From assembly GCA_951406725.2 (NCBI GenBank), contig OX597818.1:12276001-12340000 (forward strand): DNA of 64,000 nucleotides, given 5' to 3'. Origin of the DNA: Octopus vulgaris (lineage: Eukaryota). The notes beneath the pieces were generated by a model. The model saw only the letters and a program-made list of their open reading frames with translations, was not told the origin of the DNA and searched no databases. Of this stretch, positions 12,304-24,607 are shown one piece after another (within the stretch, counting starts at the first letter, position 1; each line of letters starts with the position of its first letter). The position numbers and the translations under genes are program-made.

Positions 12304-12682
12304 TGGTACTCCGTAGGTTACGACGATGAGGGTCCAAGTTGATCAGATCAACGGAACAGTCTGCTCGTGAAATTAACGTGCAAGTGGTTGAGCACTCCAC
12401 AGACATGTGTACCATTAACGTAGTTCCCGGGGAGAATCAGCGTGACACAGAGTGTGACAGGACTGGCCCTTTGAAATACAGGTACAGCAGAAACAGGAAG
12501 AAAGACTGAGAGAAATTGTGGTGAAAGAGTACAGCAGGGTTCGCCCCCACTCTCCTGCCGGAGCCTCGTGGAGCTTTAGGTGTTTTCACTCAACAAACAA
12601 CGACAACGCCCGGACTAGGAATCGAAACTGCGATCCTACAACCGCGTGTCCGCTGCCCTAACCACTGGGCCATTGCACCTCC
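12304..12682 (-). mobile_element. SINE family C (tRNA-derived)
   Basis: Minus-strand head ggaggtgcaatggcccagtggttagggcagcggac...gtttcgattcc (A and B boxes); near-identical to 28261-28617. Confidence 0.9.
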
Positions 12683-12754
12683 ACACACACACACACACAC
12701 ACACACACGCATATATATATATGTGTGTGTGTGTGTACCTGTGATATAATATAT

Positions 12755-13139
12755 ATTCTTTTATTCTTTTACTTGTTTCAGTCATTTGCTTGCGGCCATG
12801 CTGGAGCACCACCTTTAGTCGAACACTTCGACCCCAAGACTGATTCTTTTATAAACCTAGTACTTATTCTGTTGATTTCTTTTGCCGAACTGCTAAGTTA
12901 CGGGGACGTAAACACACCAATATCGGTTGTCAAGTGATGGTGGGGTCAAACACAGTCACACAAATACACACACACGCATACACGACGGGCTTCTTTCAGT
13001 TTCCGTCTACCAAATCGACGCACAAGGCTTTGGTCGGCCCGAGGCTATAGTAGAAGACGCTTGCCCTAGGTGTCACACAGTGGGACTGAACCGGGAACCA
13101 TGTGATTGGGAAGCAAACTTCTTACCACACAGCCACTCC
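12755..13139 (-). mobile_element. SINE family A
   Basis: Reverse-complement match to 5095-5520 and 52733-53147. Confidence 0.9.
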
Positions 13140-13147
13140 TTTATATA

Positions 13148-14294
13148 CAGGGTGCTAAGATATTTGAAGACAGATTTATGTTTATAAAAAAAAAAAACAC
13201 ATATATAATAACAGATAATAACTTTATTTATCAAAAATGCTATGAGGATAAAAATAAACCTTCTTTTCTATAATGTTATCCAATAAAGCCACTTTAGCTT
13301 CAGCAACTGCTTCTATATGAGATCTAAATCATCTATATGCTCGAATCAAGTGGTTCATTTTGGACATTACTCTGACTATGGCAGCTTTCAAAGAATCTTT
13401 GGTGTTTATGGGCGCGTTCATTTACCTCTCTTTCAACAATGCTCCACATGTAATAGATTGAGACCTGGGGAATGTTAGGGGTTATGTGATCATGAAATTT
13501 TCAGCCATCCATTCCTGTGTTACTAGAACCATGTGTGATAATACAGAGTCTTACTGAAACACATATAGCCTTCCATTGCATACACTGCTTATCCAGGGCT
13601 TAACAATTATTTCCGGGACCTCAATATAGGCGGCAGTTAATTCTAAGGCTTTGTGGAAAGAAGTAAGGAGGCATCACATGTTCTTCATTGCTGACAACCC
13701 ATAAAACCATGACAGTTGCAGGAAATTTTGTATGCATAACACTTGAAACTTCAGAAGGGTCTGGACATAACCATCTGTCATCTCTTCTGTTAAGTCTTTG
13801 ATCTTAGCCGAAGCTTTTCTCGTTTGAGAAAAACCAAATCAAATCTTCTGTTGGATTTTTCAGTTCGTTTAAGAGCCTTTTAGATCTGATGTAGTGATTT
13901 TCTTTTGCTTTCTCCGACAAATTGACCTTTCCTCATGATATAAGACTTATATCTGATGTATTCATGGACAACGTTTCTCACTGTCCCTTCTGACACATGG
14001 AGGTCTTTTGCAATTGATCTCATGGATTTTCTCGGATTGTAATTAATGGTCTGTTGAACTTGCTGGATAAATTATTTGATACTGGTGATACGTTTCCAGG
14101 CAACTTCTAAAAGTCGAGATATTCTAAATTGCTATGCTCAGCCTTTATAACCACAATGACAGCATGCCTCTTGATTTCTTGAGTAAGCTAAGGGTCTGCC
14201 ATTATTATTTTCTGAAACAAAGATTATACAGAGTTAGCAAAAAATGCAGCAATGACCCAAAAAAGGTAAGTCCTCAAAAACATTACGCACCCTG
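13148..14294 (-). mobile_element. Tc1/mariner (maT, DD37D-type) DNA transposon, decayed
   Basis: TA-CAGGGTGC...GCACCCTG-TA with imperfect ~25-bp TIRs and an internal transposase relic. Confidence 0.9.
13276..14202 (-). pseudogene. maT-like transposase pseudogene
   Basis: IWFFSNEKSF..RRDDRWLCPDPSEVSSVMHTKFPATVMVL..VKPWISSVCNGRLYVFQ*DS..TQEWMAENFHDHITPN; stops, frameshifts and deletions. Confidence 0.85.
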
Positions 14295-14758
14295 TATATA
14301 TATCTTGGTTGTAAAAGTTATATGTATGACTACTACTGTATTAAAGCTCCGAGTAGAGTATCATTACCCAGTCAGCTTAAAGTGTAATGATTTGTCTACC
14401 CCTGTACGTAGTATTATTGCTAGTTATGATATACAAACTATTGCGTAGTGGAAAATTAAGATAAACTCAAGTAACAGAGCGCAACGAAGTGTTTCTCTGG
14501 CGATCCATTGCAGCTAGGCATCCTTATGAACTTTGAACTTCCGATGCTGAATTCGAAATAACGTATATATGTGTTTGTGTGTGCATGTTTGTGTGTGCAT
14601 GTTTGTGCGCGCGCGCACAAGCGCAACATTCACACACAAGCACACACACTGAGTCGCACACAGGCACACATACACACATGCACATACAAGCGCATACACA
14701 TGCATGCACATATATTTTGTATGTATTATAGTTTTCCATGTAATATATGTGTTTCTGA

Positions 14759-15365
14759 GAGCGGCGAGCTGGCAGAATCTTTAGCACGCCGGGCGAAATG
14801 CTTAGCGGTATAACGTCTGCCGCTACGTTCTGAGTTCAAATTCCGCCGAGGTCAACTTTGCCTTTCATCCGTTCGGGGTCAATTAAATAAGTACCAGTTA
14901 CGCACTGGAGTCGATATAATCGGCTTAATCCATTTGTCTGTTCTTGTTTGTCCTCTCTGTGTTTAGCCCTTTGTGGGTAGTAAAGAAATAGGTATTTCGT
15001 CTGCCGTTACGCTCTGAGTTCAAATTCCATCGAGGTCGACTTTGCCTTTCATCCTTTCGGGGTCGATTAAATAAGTACCATTTACGCACTGGCGTCGATA
15101 TAATCTACTGAATCCGTTGTCTGTCCTTGCTTGTCCCTTCTGTGTTTAGCCCCTTGTGGGTAGTAAAGAAATTGAAATAGGTATTTCGTCTGCCGTTACG
15201 CTCTGAGTTCAAATTCCGCCGAGGTCGTCTTTGCCGTTTATCATTTCGGGGTTGATTAAATCTGTACCAGTTACGCACTGCGGTTGATATAATCGACTTA
15301 ATCCCTCTCTGTCTGTCCTTGCTTGTCCCCTCTATGGTTAGCCCCCTGTGCGCAATAAAGAGCTA
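14759..15365 (+). mobile_element. SINE family B with a tandemly triplicated ~185-bp body
   Basis: One head (gcggcgagctggcagaatc), then units starting at ~14807, 14991 and 15180, each with gttcaaattcc..gactttgcctttcatcctttcggggtcgat..aagtacca. Confidence 0.9.
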
Positions 15366-16194
15366 AATATATGTGTCTGTGTGTTTGTGTCGGGCGGGGA
15401 GGATTGAAACTGCTGAAACCTCTCACACTGCTTTGAAACGTCAGCATTAAAAACGGTTTTCCCATTATATAATGCTTAACTACAAATGAGAGGATATCAC
15501 TGGGAAGTTATAAAAGAATTAACATTGAATGACAGCACTGCTTAGTTTAACAAGAAGTATAATGATGATTAAACGTTAATTGTTTCCGTTTATTTAAGCA
15601 CTTATGACAAACTAAAAAGAGATTTTTGAAAATATTTGTTTCAATGATGTAAATATAAACAATAAAAATTCAAATTTATTTTATGGAATCATTAACTATC
15701 CATTACAGCATAAAAATAAATGTCAGTTTTAAAAACATTTAAAAGCATAAATATATCTTTAATAAAATGGAATGTGTTCTTTGAAGATGTAGAACAAAAA
15801 CAAAAAAAAAAAAACAAAAAACAAAACAAAAAAAACGTCATTTGACTGGATACATCTCGAGTACATGAAGTTTCCCAAATAGGAATCACATAGAGGAAAC
15901 ATTTAGTCTATACGTTTAATAAATTATTTAATTTTTACAGTCCATTTCGGTTTGTATAGTTGTGTAATAGATTAAAGATCATAAATGAAATAGTTATATA
16001 TGCGCGTCATATATATTAATATATATATGTGTGTGTGTGTTTGTGTATGTTTGAGTGTATTCATGTGTATGTATGATTTTGTATTTAGTGTGTATGTTTT
16101 CATAATTTTATTCATTTGTAAAGGAAATCTGCATTATATTCACGCACATTTGTGTGTATATATATATATGCGAGTTTCCCCCTCTCTCTCTCTC

Positions 16195-16225
<31 letters not shown>

Positions 16226-16524
16226 TTGTGTTTGTGTGTGTTTGTGTATGTATGTATGTATGCATATATAGCGCTTGCCTAGTAAGGAGGGTGGCTTTCG
16301 TTGGGTACCTGCAGGACGAAAAACAAAACCTGTTCAAGGGCGGATGAAATCAGTAGAGTCAACGATCATTCAGCTATATGAGTCGTTGATATGTCAGTTC
16401 TCTCTTAGTGTTGACAACATGTAATCCAGTACAACAGGCTTCATGGTCGCACCGTCGGCGATTAAACCGGCAACCTGACCAAGCACTTTCTTTGTTAGGA
16501 GGGTTGACCCTGTAGGACGAAAAA

Positions 16525-17420
16525 AGAACTGTGTTGATTCAGAAGGACTCGGCTAAGGGAGCCGTGGTCAGTAACTATCGTCCGATTGCCTGTTTATCTA
16601 TGATGTGGAAGCTTAGAACTAGGATAATGGGAAAGATACTATACGGCCATCATGAAAGCAATGAACTGCTAGCGAATGAACAGGAATAGAAGATAGTGTT
16701 GTGAAGATCAAGTCCTTGTTTGTCTTCCTATCTGAGGAATAAAGATGAAAGAATGTCACACGCTGTACTAAGAAGGTGATAAGTAACAATGGTTAAATCC
16801 ACCAGCAGTACAATATGAGGAACATTCATCAACTGGAAAGAGAAAATCCTATACGGAGAGTTGAAGCTGATGAAGAATTCTAGAGATGGATTTTAAAGAG
16901 GGATACGGAAGGACTGATTCTTGTTGCTCAAGATCAAGCTTTACGGACCAACTCAATTAAGTGCAGCATTGCTGAAACTGCAGAATTACTTTGGTGTAGA
17001 CTGTGTAAAAAATCATCTGAGGCAGACATATAATTTGTGGATGCTCAACACTCGCCCAAAAGGAGTACAAAAAACGCAATAACAAAATGGCAATGCGAAT
17101 ACACTGAACGTTGTGCCAGAAGTATGGACTAGAATGTTCCATCAAGTAGTATATGCACCGACCTTTGCTAGTACAAAGAATGATTAGGTGAAACTCACAT
17201 GGGGTATGCCAATATACACAGACAAAAAATACTGCAAAATAACCGACCATACATCACTCTTCTAATGAAGGAGTTCAAAGAAATGACCTTCATCGACATA
17301 GTTGACCTTCACAGACATCTGCAGACTAGAATATTGTTAAGACAGAGGACGGAAAAGTCTGGAAGTTGCAAGACCTAGAACTGGAAGTGAAATGAATCCA
17401 TAGATAATCAAAGTAGATTT
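16525..17420 (+). mobile_element. R4/Dong-clade non-LTR relic (RT start, CCHC knuckle, restriction-like endonuclease), internally deleted
   Basis: RTVLIQKDSAKGAVVSNYRPIACLSMMWKL..NELLANEQ (16525-16686); LKRDTEGLILVAQDQALRTNSIK..CRLC..HIICGCSTLAQKEYKKR..NRPYITL..FIDI; many stops and frameshifts. Confidence 0.85.
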
Positions 17421-17818
17421 GCTTTTCAAGTTATGATAAAGTTTATGTATCTCATAATCTAACTGTATGAAATAAAAATTTTAATTACTGATGCAGCACT
17501 CAATTGACGCTGTGTTCTGAAGCATATATACATTGAGTTCCAACACCAAGATATTAATATCGCTATGACTAAGCGAAATAAAACACACACACACACACAC
17601 ACACACAGATGTATGTATGTATGTATGTATGTATGTATGTATGTATATATGTATGTATGTATGTATGTATATATGTATATATATATATATACACACATAC
17701 ATATGCATATACGGGTACAGGACGTCACCAACAGTAAACAACATGAAATACGAAAAAAAGTTCAATACGCAAACAACAAGAGAAGCAAATGGAAAACAGG
17801 ACAAGTAACATAAAGAAT

Positions 17819-17881
17819 GGCCTTCATCAGTTGTCGGCTGTCTATCTACTCCTCATTTCGTGCATTGAGCGATAATATGAG
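17819..17881 (-). ncRNA. Non-circularly permuted hammerhead-like motif
   Basis: Minus strand CTCAT-A-TTATCG-ctcaat-GCAC-GAA-ATGAG-gagtagatagacagc-CGACAA-CTGATGA-A-GGCC; helix III CTCAT/ATGAG is perfect. Confidence 0.65.
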
Positions 17882-18371
17882 TCTTCGAAGACAGATGCTG
17901 CCGAAAGTACCAAGACAAAATTTGGGATTTATGGGGGGTGGGGTGGGGTCAAAGTTGGGAACAAAAACAGGACAGTGGAGACATACAAGGAAACCGAAGG
18001 AAAACAAACATGGAGAGTCGTTAGAACAGAACAAGGGTAAAATAGCGAACGCCGGAGAAATATTTTCTTTAACAAAGGAAAAATAGAAGAGAGAGATAGT
18101 TTACGTCCAGTCCTTGGGACAGTCTTGAAAGAAAAGAAAGGTGACCATGTGAGGTAAAGATAGATGGACGATGGTCACGTGTGAGGAATGAGAGAGAGTA
18201 AAAGAGAAGGAGGGAGAGAAAGAGAGACAGATAGAAAACAGTGAAGGGAGAAAAAAAGGAATTAGAGAAAGGATGAGAGAGAAAACGATGGGGAGAAAAC
18301 AGTACAGAATAGAGTCGCATCAAAAAGATGAAGATAAACTTACTTGGAAATGGACGCGTGCGTACAATCAT

Positions 18372-18446
<75 letters not shown>

Positions 18447-18815
18447 TACATATGCATATATGGGTACAGGACGTCACCAACAGTAAACAACAGGAAACAC
18501 GAAAACAAATGAGTTCAATACACAAACAACGAGAGAAACAAATGGAAAACAGGACAAGTAATATAAAGAACAACCCTTCATCAGTTGTCGGCTGCCTATC
18601 TATTCCTCATTTGGACACTCCCTGTTTGTTTTCGTTCGGTTTCCTTGTATGTCTCTACTGTCGTGCTTTTGTTCCCAGCTTTGACCCTCCATAAATCCCA
18701 TATTTTATTTCGATACTTACGGGAGCGATAATATGAGTCTTCGAAGACAGATGCTGTCGAAAGTACCAAGACAAAATTTGGGATTTATGGGGTGGGTGGG
18801 GGTGGGTGGGGTGGT

Positions 18816-18872
18816 TTGTCGTTCAATGCTCGAAATGAGGAGTAGATAGACAGCTGACAACTGATGAAGGGT
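18816..18872 (+). ncRNA. Permuted hammerhead-like motif truncated at the predicted cleavage site
   Basis: TTGTCG-ttcaat-GCTC-GAA-ATGAG-gagtagatagacagc-TGACAA-CTGATGA-A-GGGT; the upstream CTCAT-A strand is absent. Confidence 0.6.
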
Positions 18873-19394
18873 CGTTCTTTATGTTTCTTGTCCTGTTTTC
18901 CATTTGTTTCTCTCGTTGTTTGCGCATTGAGCTCATTTGTTTTCGTATTTCACGTTGTTTATTATTGGTGACGTCCTGTATCCATATATGCATATGTATG
19001 TATGTATGTATGTATGTATATATATATATATCATATATATATATGCATATATATATCATTTATATTATTATTTGATTGAACGCCACGTATCTATTTCCAT
19101 GTGTTCTCTCTCTCTCTCACACCACACACACATACACACATTGAAAAATTTGATTCTGATGAAGAGTCTCCAAACTCAGATGATAGAACAAATGACAACA
19201 GCAGAGGTGTAAGAAGGAGTCATGATCGAGTGTCTCTAAACTGTCTTGCCATTTCTGATTTAATTATAAATTACAATTATATCAGCATCTACCGTATTGT
19301 TATATAAGGACATGTTGTCAGCCATATTTAATTATTTGTGCCTAGGAACTGGGAATTTTGTCTTCCAAGTTTCGATAAAGTTTATGTATGGTAC

Positions 19395-19602
19395 AATCCT
19401 TTCTACTGTATACACAAGGCCTGAAATTTTGGGGGACGGATAGTCGACTTCATCGATCCCATTGCTTGAATGGCACTTAATTTATCGACCCCGAAAGGAT
19501 GAAATGTAAATTCGACCTCGGCGGAATTTGAACGTAAAGACGGAAAAAGCGCTTGTAAACACTTCGTCCTGCGTGCTAACGGTTCTGCCAGCTCTCCACC
19601 TT
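19395..19602 (-). mobile_element. SINE family B
   Basis: ttatcgaccccgaaaggatgaaa...gacctcggcggaatttgaac...tgctaacggttctgccagctc. Confidence 0.8.
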
Positions 19603-20592
19603 TATGTATGTTATAGTAATAATGATTTATAATGTCGCAAACCTAGATATTTTTGTACCATCATGCATTCCATTAAATTGACGTAAGTGCTCGACTGATC
19701 CTTATAACACAAACGAAAGCAAAATAGTCCCCCGTGGCAATTGAACTCAGAATGTAAAGAAGCATAAGTAAATTTGCACGGGATTTTCACTGCTACTCTA
19801 TATTCTAATAAAAATATTAATTTAACACTTTGGACGAAAGTACACAAAATTACGATCGATCCCAATTTTGACTCTCAGAAGAAAGAAAGGCAAGTCATCT
19901 CCAGTAGGATTTGAGCTCAAAGCGAAAACAGTCATAATTAGTTTCGTTTTTGGATTTGGTTTGCCAGATTCTTTATATGAGTTCGTGTGTTGAAGCATAT
20001 TCTGTTGTTTCTGGGGAGAGGCATTCTCTTTTTGTGCCTTACAATGTAACACACTCACCGGTAAAATTTCCACTTATTTCTTATTTTTATTTCAATTAGA
20101 TATCGTTTCGTAATGTGATGGACGCTTTAGTGATTCTGCCAACAATTTTGAGGTGTAACAGGTGCATGGGTAGAAATTTTAAGAGATAGATTGGTCGGTT
20201 TATGTACTTGATTGATAGTAGCTTTATCAATCCTAGGAAATCGCAAAGCAATATCGACTCTGAATATGAAATTAAAATACTCTAAGACTCTCCTAACATT
20301 GATTTCTTGAGAAGGGAACATTCACTTATATCAACCCGATTACCTGTATGCTACATTATTTCATATTATATGCTACTTTATCTAGCACTTTTTTTTTATC
20401 GATCCGCACCATAAATAATTTTATTGACTGTTACGTTATTAATTGATCATGAATGGATGAAAGAGAGAATTAACTTTGGTATGATTTGAACTGACAACGT
20501 TAAGCCCCAGAAGATATTTCTCTAGGTATTTTGTCCGACACTGTAATGATTTTTTAATTACCAGTTCAGTGCTTTTAAATTCTGCTAATAAT

Positions 20593-21300
20593 ATTGGTTT
20601 CACATTTCGGCACAAGACCAGTAATTTCGGTGTTAAGGCAAAGTCGACCTCGGCAGAATTTGAACTCAGAACATAAAGACGGACGTAATGCCGCTACGCA
20701 TTTTACCTGGAGTGCTAACGATTTTGCCAGCTCACCGCCTTAATTCTGCTAATAATATTGGTTTGAACACCTCAACGAGGTGGCAGAAACGCTGGCACGC
20801 CGGGCAAAATGCGTAGTCGTATTTCGTATGCCGTTACGTTCAGAGTTCAAATTCCACCGAGGCCGACTTTGCCTTTCATCCTTTCGGAGTCGATAAATTA
20901 AGTACCAGTTACGCACTGGGGTCGATATAATCGACTTAATCCGTCTGTTTGTCCTTGTTTGCCCTCTCTGTGTTTAGCCCCTTGTGGGTAGTAAAGAAAT
21001 AGGTATTTCGTCTGTCTTTATGTTCTGAGTTCAAATTCCGCCGAGGCCGACTTTGCCTTTCGTCCTTTCGGGTCGATAAATTAAGTACCAGTTACGTGCT
21101 GAGTCGATCTAATCGACTGGCCCCCTCCCCCCAAACTTCGGGTTTTGTTCCTAGATTAGAAATGAATATTGGTTTGAACTGTTGGCACAAGGCCAACAAG
21201 TTCGAGGGAGAGTCGAGTCGATTACATCTCACCCCAGCGCCCGACTGGTACTTATTTTATCGACCTCGTAACGATGAAAGGCACAGTCGGCCTCGGCGGA
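20593..21300. mobile_element. Cluster of SINE family B copies: minus 20593-20742, plus 20775-21170 with duplicated body, minus 21165-21300
   Basis: Family B motifs in both orientations; body unit repeated at 20819 and 21003. Confidence 0.85.
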
Positions 21301-21679
21301 ATAATTCTGCTAATAATATTAGCAACATAAATTATGCAAAATGTTGATTACAGAATGTTATATTATGCCGTTTATACCTGTTAATAGTTCTTTTTATGAA
21401 ATATCAATTGTTTTAAGTTCTAAATAGGCAGTGCGTTAGATTTTGATTGGAGACAGCGAAAGGAAATTGAATCGTGATACTCATTATATGGATTTTATTT
21501 GGATAAAAGCGATTTTGACTCACAACCAAAGAGAACGGAACTACATACTGAAAGATTCATTTTGCACACCGGAAGCTTAAGTTAGAATTATCTTCAACAA
21601 TAGAATATAACTACTCGAATATTTAGTGCAAAAATACATCTTGTCGGAACCAACAGAAGAATCTCATCAGAGTCATTCT

Positions 21680-21870
21680 ACAGACTGGAAATAGCAGCCA
21701 ATTTCCCCACAAATCACAAACTAACTTCTTTCAATGAGAAGGATGCATTGAATTATCTGATCATGGGTTATCTGAAGATGGGTTATCTGAAGATGGGTTG
21801 GTCTCGGTTGGAACATCTATGCTCATGACTCTATTCAGTTACGAGTTATTTGGGAATAAACTTCAACAGT
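21680..21870 (+). mobile_element. Old SINE-like relic (family E); related pieces at 56395-56467 and 57395-57595
   Basis: Shared gaaatagc(a/g)(g/a)cc...gaagg...tatctgaaga...tggtct..g(c/t)t(g/a)gaac...ttggg..taaac blocks. Confidence 0.45.
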
Positions 21871-22884
21871 TGAACAGAACCTTTTATTTGCTCTTTATAA
21901 AATGCAATGAACCACTGGTTGAGATACTGACTCTTGAGATCAAAATATCTCATATCTAAGATTTAAATATTATTTATGAATGGCTGTTTATTAAAACTAT
22001 GTAATTCGTCTGAATCTCTATTATCTTAGCTCACTTCATTGACCTTATTTTCTTAGATAATTATCAAAAGGAGTCTTTAAAATTAAATATGAAATAAAAT
22101 ATAATTGAATATTCGCTTCATTATTTCCAACAGCAGTTGTTCATCTTTTTTTATTAAATGCATGATTGTATCTGTAAACAATAACAGATTGAAAATATTC
22201 CCGACATAATAAAACATCAACGATGTGGAAAGTATGAAATGGTCCATGGTAACACTTAAGAGTGATAATTTCTGTGATAATTCATAATAGTTATAAAAAA
22301 ACTCATTAGTATTTGGTATGTGTATCAGACGAAATGGCTGTAAATATTGATTTAAAGAGAAAATTTATACGAGTTGAACATATTCTAAAATCATTTTAAA
22401 CCAACAATCTACTTCATATCAATCGACTTCATATCAATCACGACAACATTTTTTTCAGTCAGTTTCTTTTTTATTTTTAGTCGGATTTTTATCAACGCTG
22501 ACGATCACTAATTTTCCTTTAATGGCTGAAGTCAAACGAAGAAAACCAGCGCTCATAACCCTTTCCCCGACCTCTAAATCTTGTTCAAATACTTTTAACA
22601 AATGGGACTCGGTTAAATGCTCTCAACAGTCAGATGGTGGTGTTAAACCGATCGACTGATTGTGTCTACCATCCAAAAACAAGAACAATTCCACCAACAG
22701 GCTTCTCTGTAGTTTTCGATTTCTAAATTTACCCACGAAGCATTGGTCAACTCAGAGATATAGTAGAGGAGACGTTCTTTAAGATACTGAATGGCAGGAT
22801 CAGACACAAAACCATGTTGTTTTGAAGTGAACTTCTTAATCACACATCTATGTTGGCCCCTGAAATAATTCATAACAACAATAA

Positions 22885-23092
22885 TCCTTTCTGGTATAGG
22901 GACAAGGCCTGAAATTTAGGGGGAGCAGACAAGTCGTTTACGTCGACTACAGTGCTTGTATTTGTTTTGTCGACGACGAAACGATGAAAGGCAAAGTCGA
23001 TCTTTGTGAAATTTGAACTCAAAACGTAAAGTCGGACGAAATGCTGCTAGATATTTTTCCGGCGCGGTAACAAATCTGCCAGTTCGCCGTCC
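22885..23092 (-). mobile_element. SINE family B, diverged
   Basis: gatgaaaggcaaagtcga...atttgaactcaaaacgtaa...tctgccagttcgccg. Confidence 0.75.
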
Positions 23093-24564
23093 TCATAGCA
23101 GCAACAATAATAAAAACTGCACCAATGGCAACATTGATAGTTTCGTATTCTTTTTCTTCTTCTTTTTCTGTTATTCATCATCTTATTTTTCTCCCCCAAC
23201 ATTCTTTGAATCATTAGATTCACTTACGCAATAATCCTTGTCAATTTCTCCCAACTAAGATTAATCTTCGGAAGATTAAAACATGATAAAAAGAAAGTTA
23301 TTTTAATTCGTATATGCCATATATTAGGAAAGATAGTAGTGACTTGACGGAATCATTAAGTTCAGTCTTACTGCATTAAGTCACGCCGATTCGGCCTGAG
23401 AAATACATTAAGGATAGACTTATCTGAGGAATACTCAACCACTACACAGTAAGTATTTATTTGGTCAAGTAACTGTATGCTCATCATCGAGACCAACGGA
23501 GAATCCACATTTGAGAAACATATTACAAGTGAGAAACGCCAACCATCTCAAAAAAAAAAGAAGAAAAAAGAAAAGGAAAGGAATCAATCAACCGAAATGC
23601 TTAATTTAAAAATTATTAATCTTAGGTTTAATTTCAATTCTTAAATCTTCACGATAATGCTCTAGCCATTTGAACTGAAATTAATTTTGGTTGTTAAACC
23701 AACTACAAACACATTCATCCGAAGTTATTTGTTCTGAAAACACATTAGAGTTTCTGCTAATATTTGTAGTTTCCCCCCCTCAAGGATGCTATTGGAAGCT
23801 ACTGAAGTGATATTGTGATATTTATGAAATAAAGATGGCCACTATTTCTCACTGGTATAGAGGAATTTAAATTTTAACCATAAAAACGCAAGCTTTACCG
23901 GACGATGTGAATGCAATTTTAGACTTTTGAAAGATATGGACAGTATTCATTTTCAGGAACATTGCACACGTTAATCCCCAAATCCAGGAATATTGCACAA
24001 GTAAATCCTCAAATCCAAAGAAATCTTTGATAACATTGCAATGTTTATAATAGTTTTCAACCTAGGTCTACAGGTTGAGGGAAGGATGTTCGCCGATTAC
24101 ATTGACCCCTGTTATGGGCCCTGAAGGGATGAAACGGATGAAAATATTACGTCGGCAGGATCTAAACTTAGAACGTAAGGGGTGGGAGATTTTTTCCAAC
24201 GCTCTAATGATTTAGCAAATTTACTACTCCCTAGTATTAATAACATTTTCATTAACCACTGCTGATTTCTATAATTGAAAGTAATATGTAAATGAATAAT
24301 GCAGTGGTTGCCTTGCTGTTTGCTATATTTATTTAGAGTAGGAATATATTGGGGTTAATTAATGCAACAAGCATAAAAACATGATTAAAAATAATTATGC
24401 AGCGAGAAAAATACATTACTTCGAAAATTATTGTTTTAATAGTGTAGGAGACAACAGGCGCCTCTGGACATATTTCGCAGTTATCAGACTTCGTCAGCGA
24501 AGCATAGCCTTTATCATACATGCCAAAGTAGTTACACACATATCCAAACACATACGCACAATTG

Positions 24565-24607
<43 letters not shown>

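Larger units (their letters stand above)
17700..19100. mobile_element. Cluster of tandem and inverted copies of a ~750-bp HHR-bearing unit
   Basis: gggtacaggacgtcaccaacagtaaacaaca at ~17713 and ~18462 (direct) and inverted at ~18955-18985. Pieces at 18615-18725 and 18724-18814 match 17868-18015 in opposite orientations. Confidence 0.8.

Noticed and set aside
16270-16524. Possible retroelement 5' UTR with a repeated ctg(c/t)aggacgaaaaa motif
   Set aside because: I cannot assign a family or a structure from the sequence alone.
19157-19185. CTGATGA-A-GAGT-ctcca-a-ACTC hairpin
   Set aside because: Followed by AGATGA rather than GAAA, with no helix I or III.
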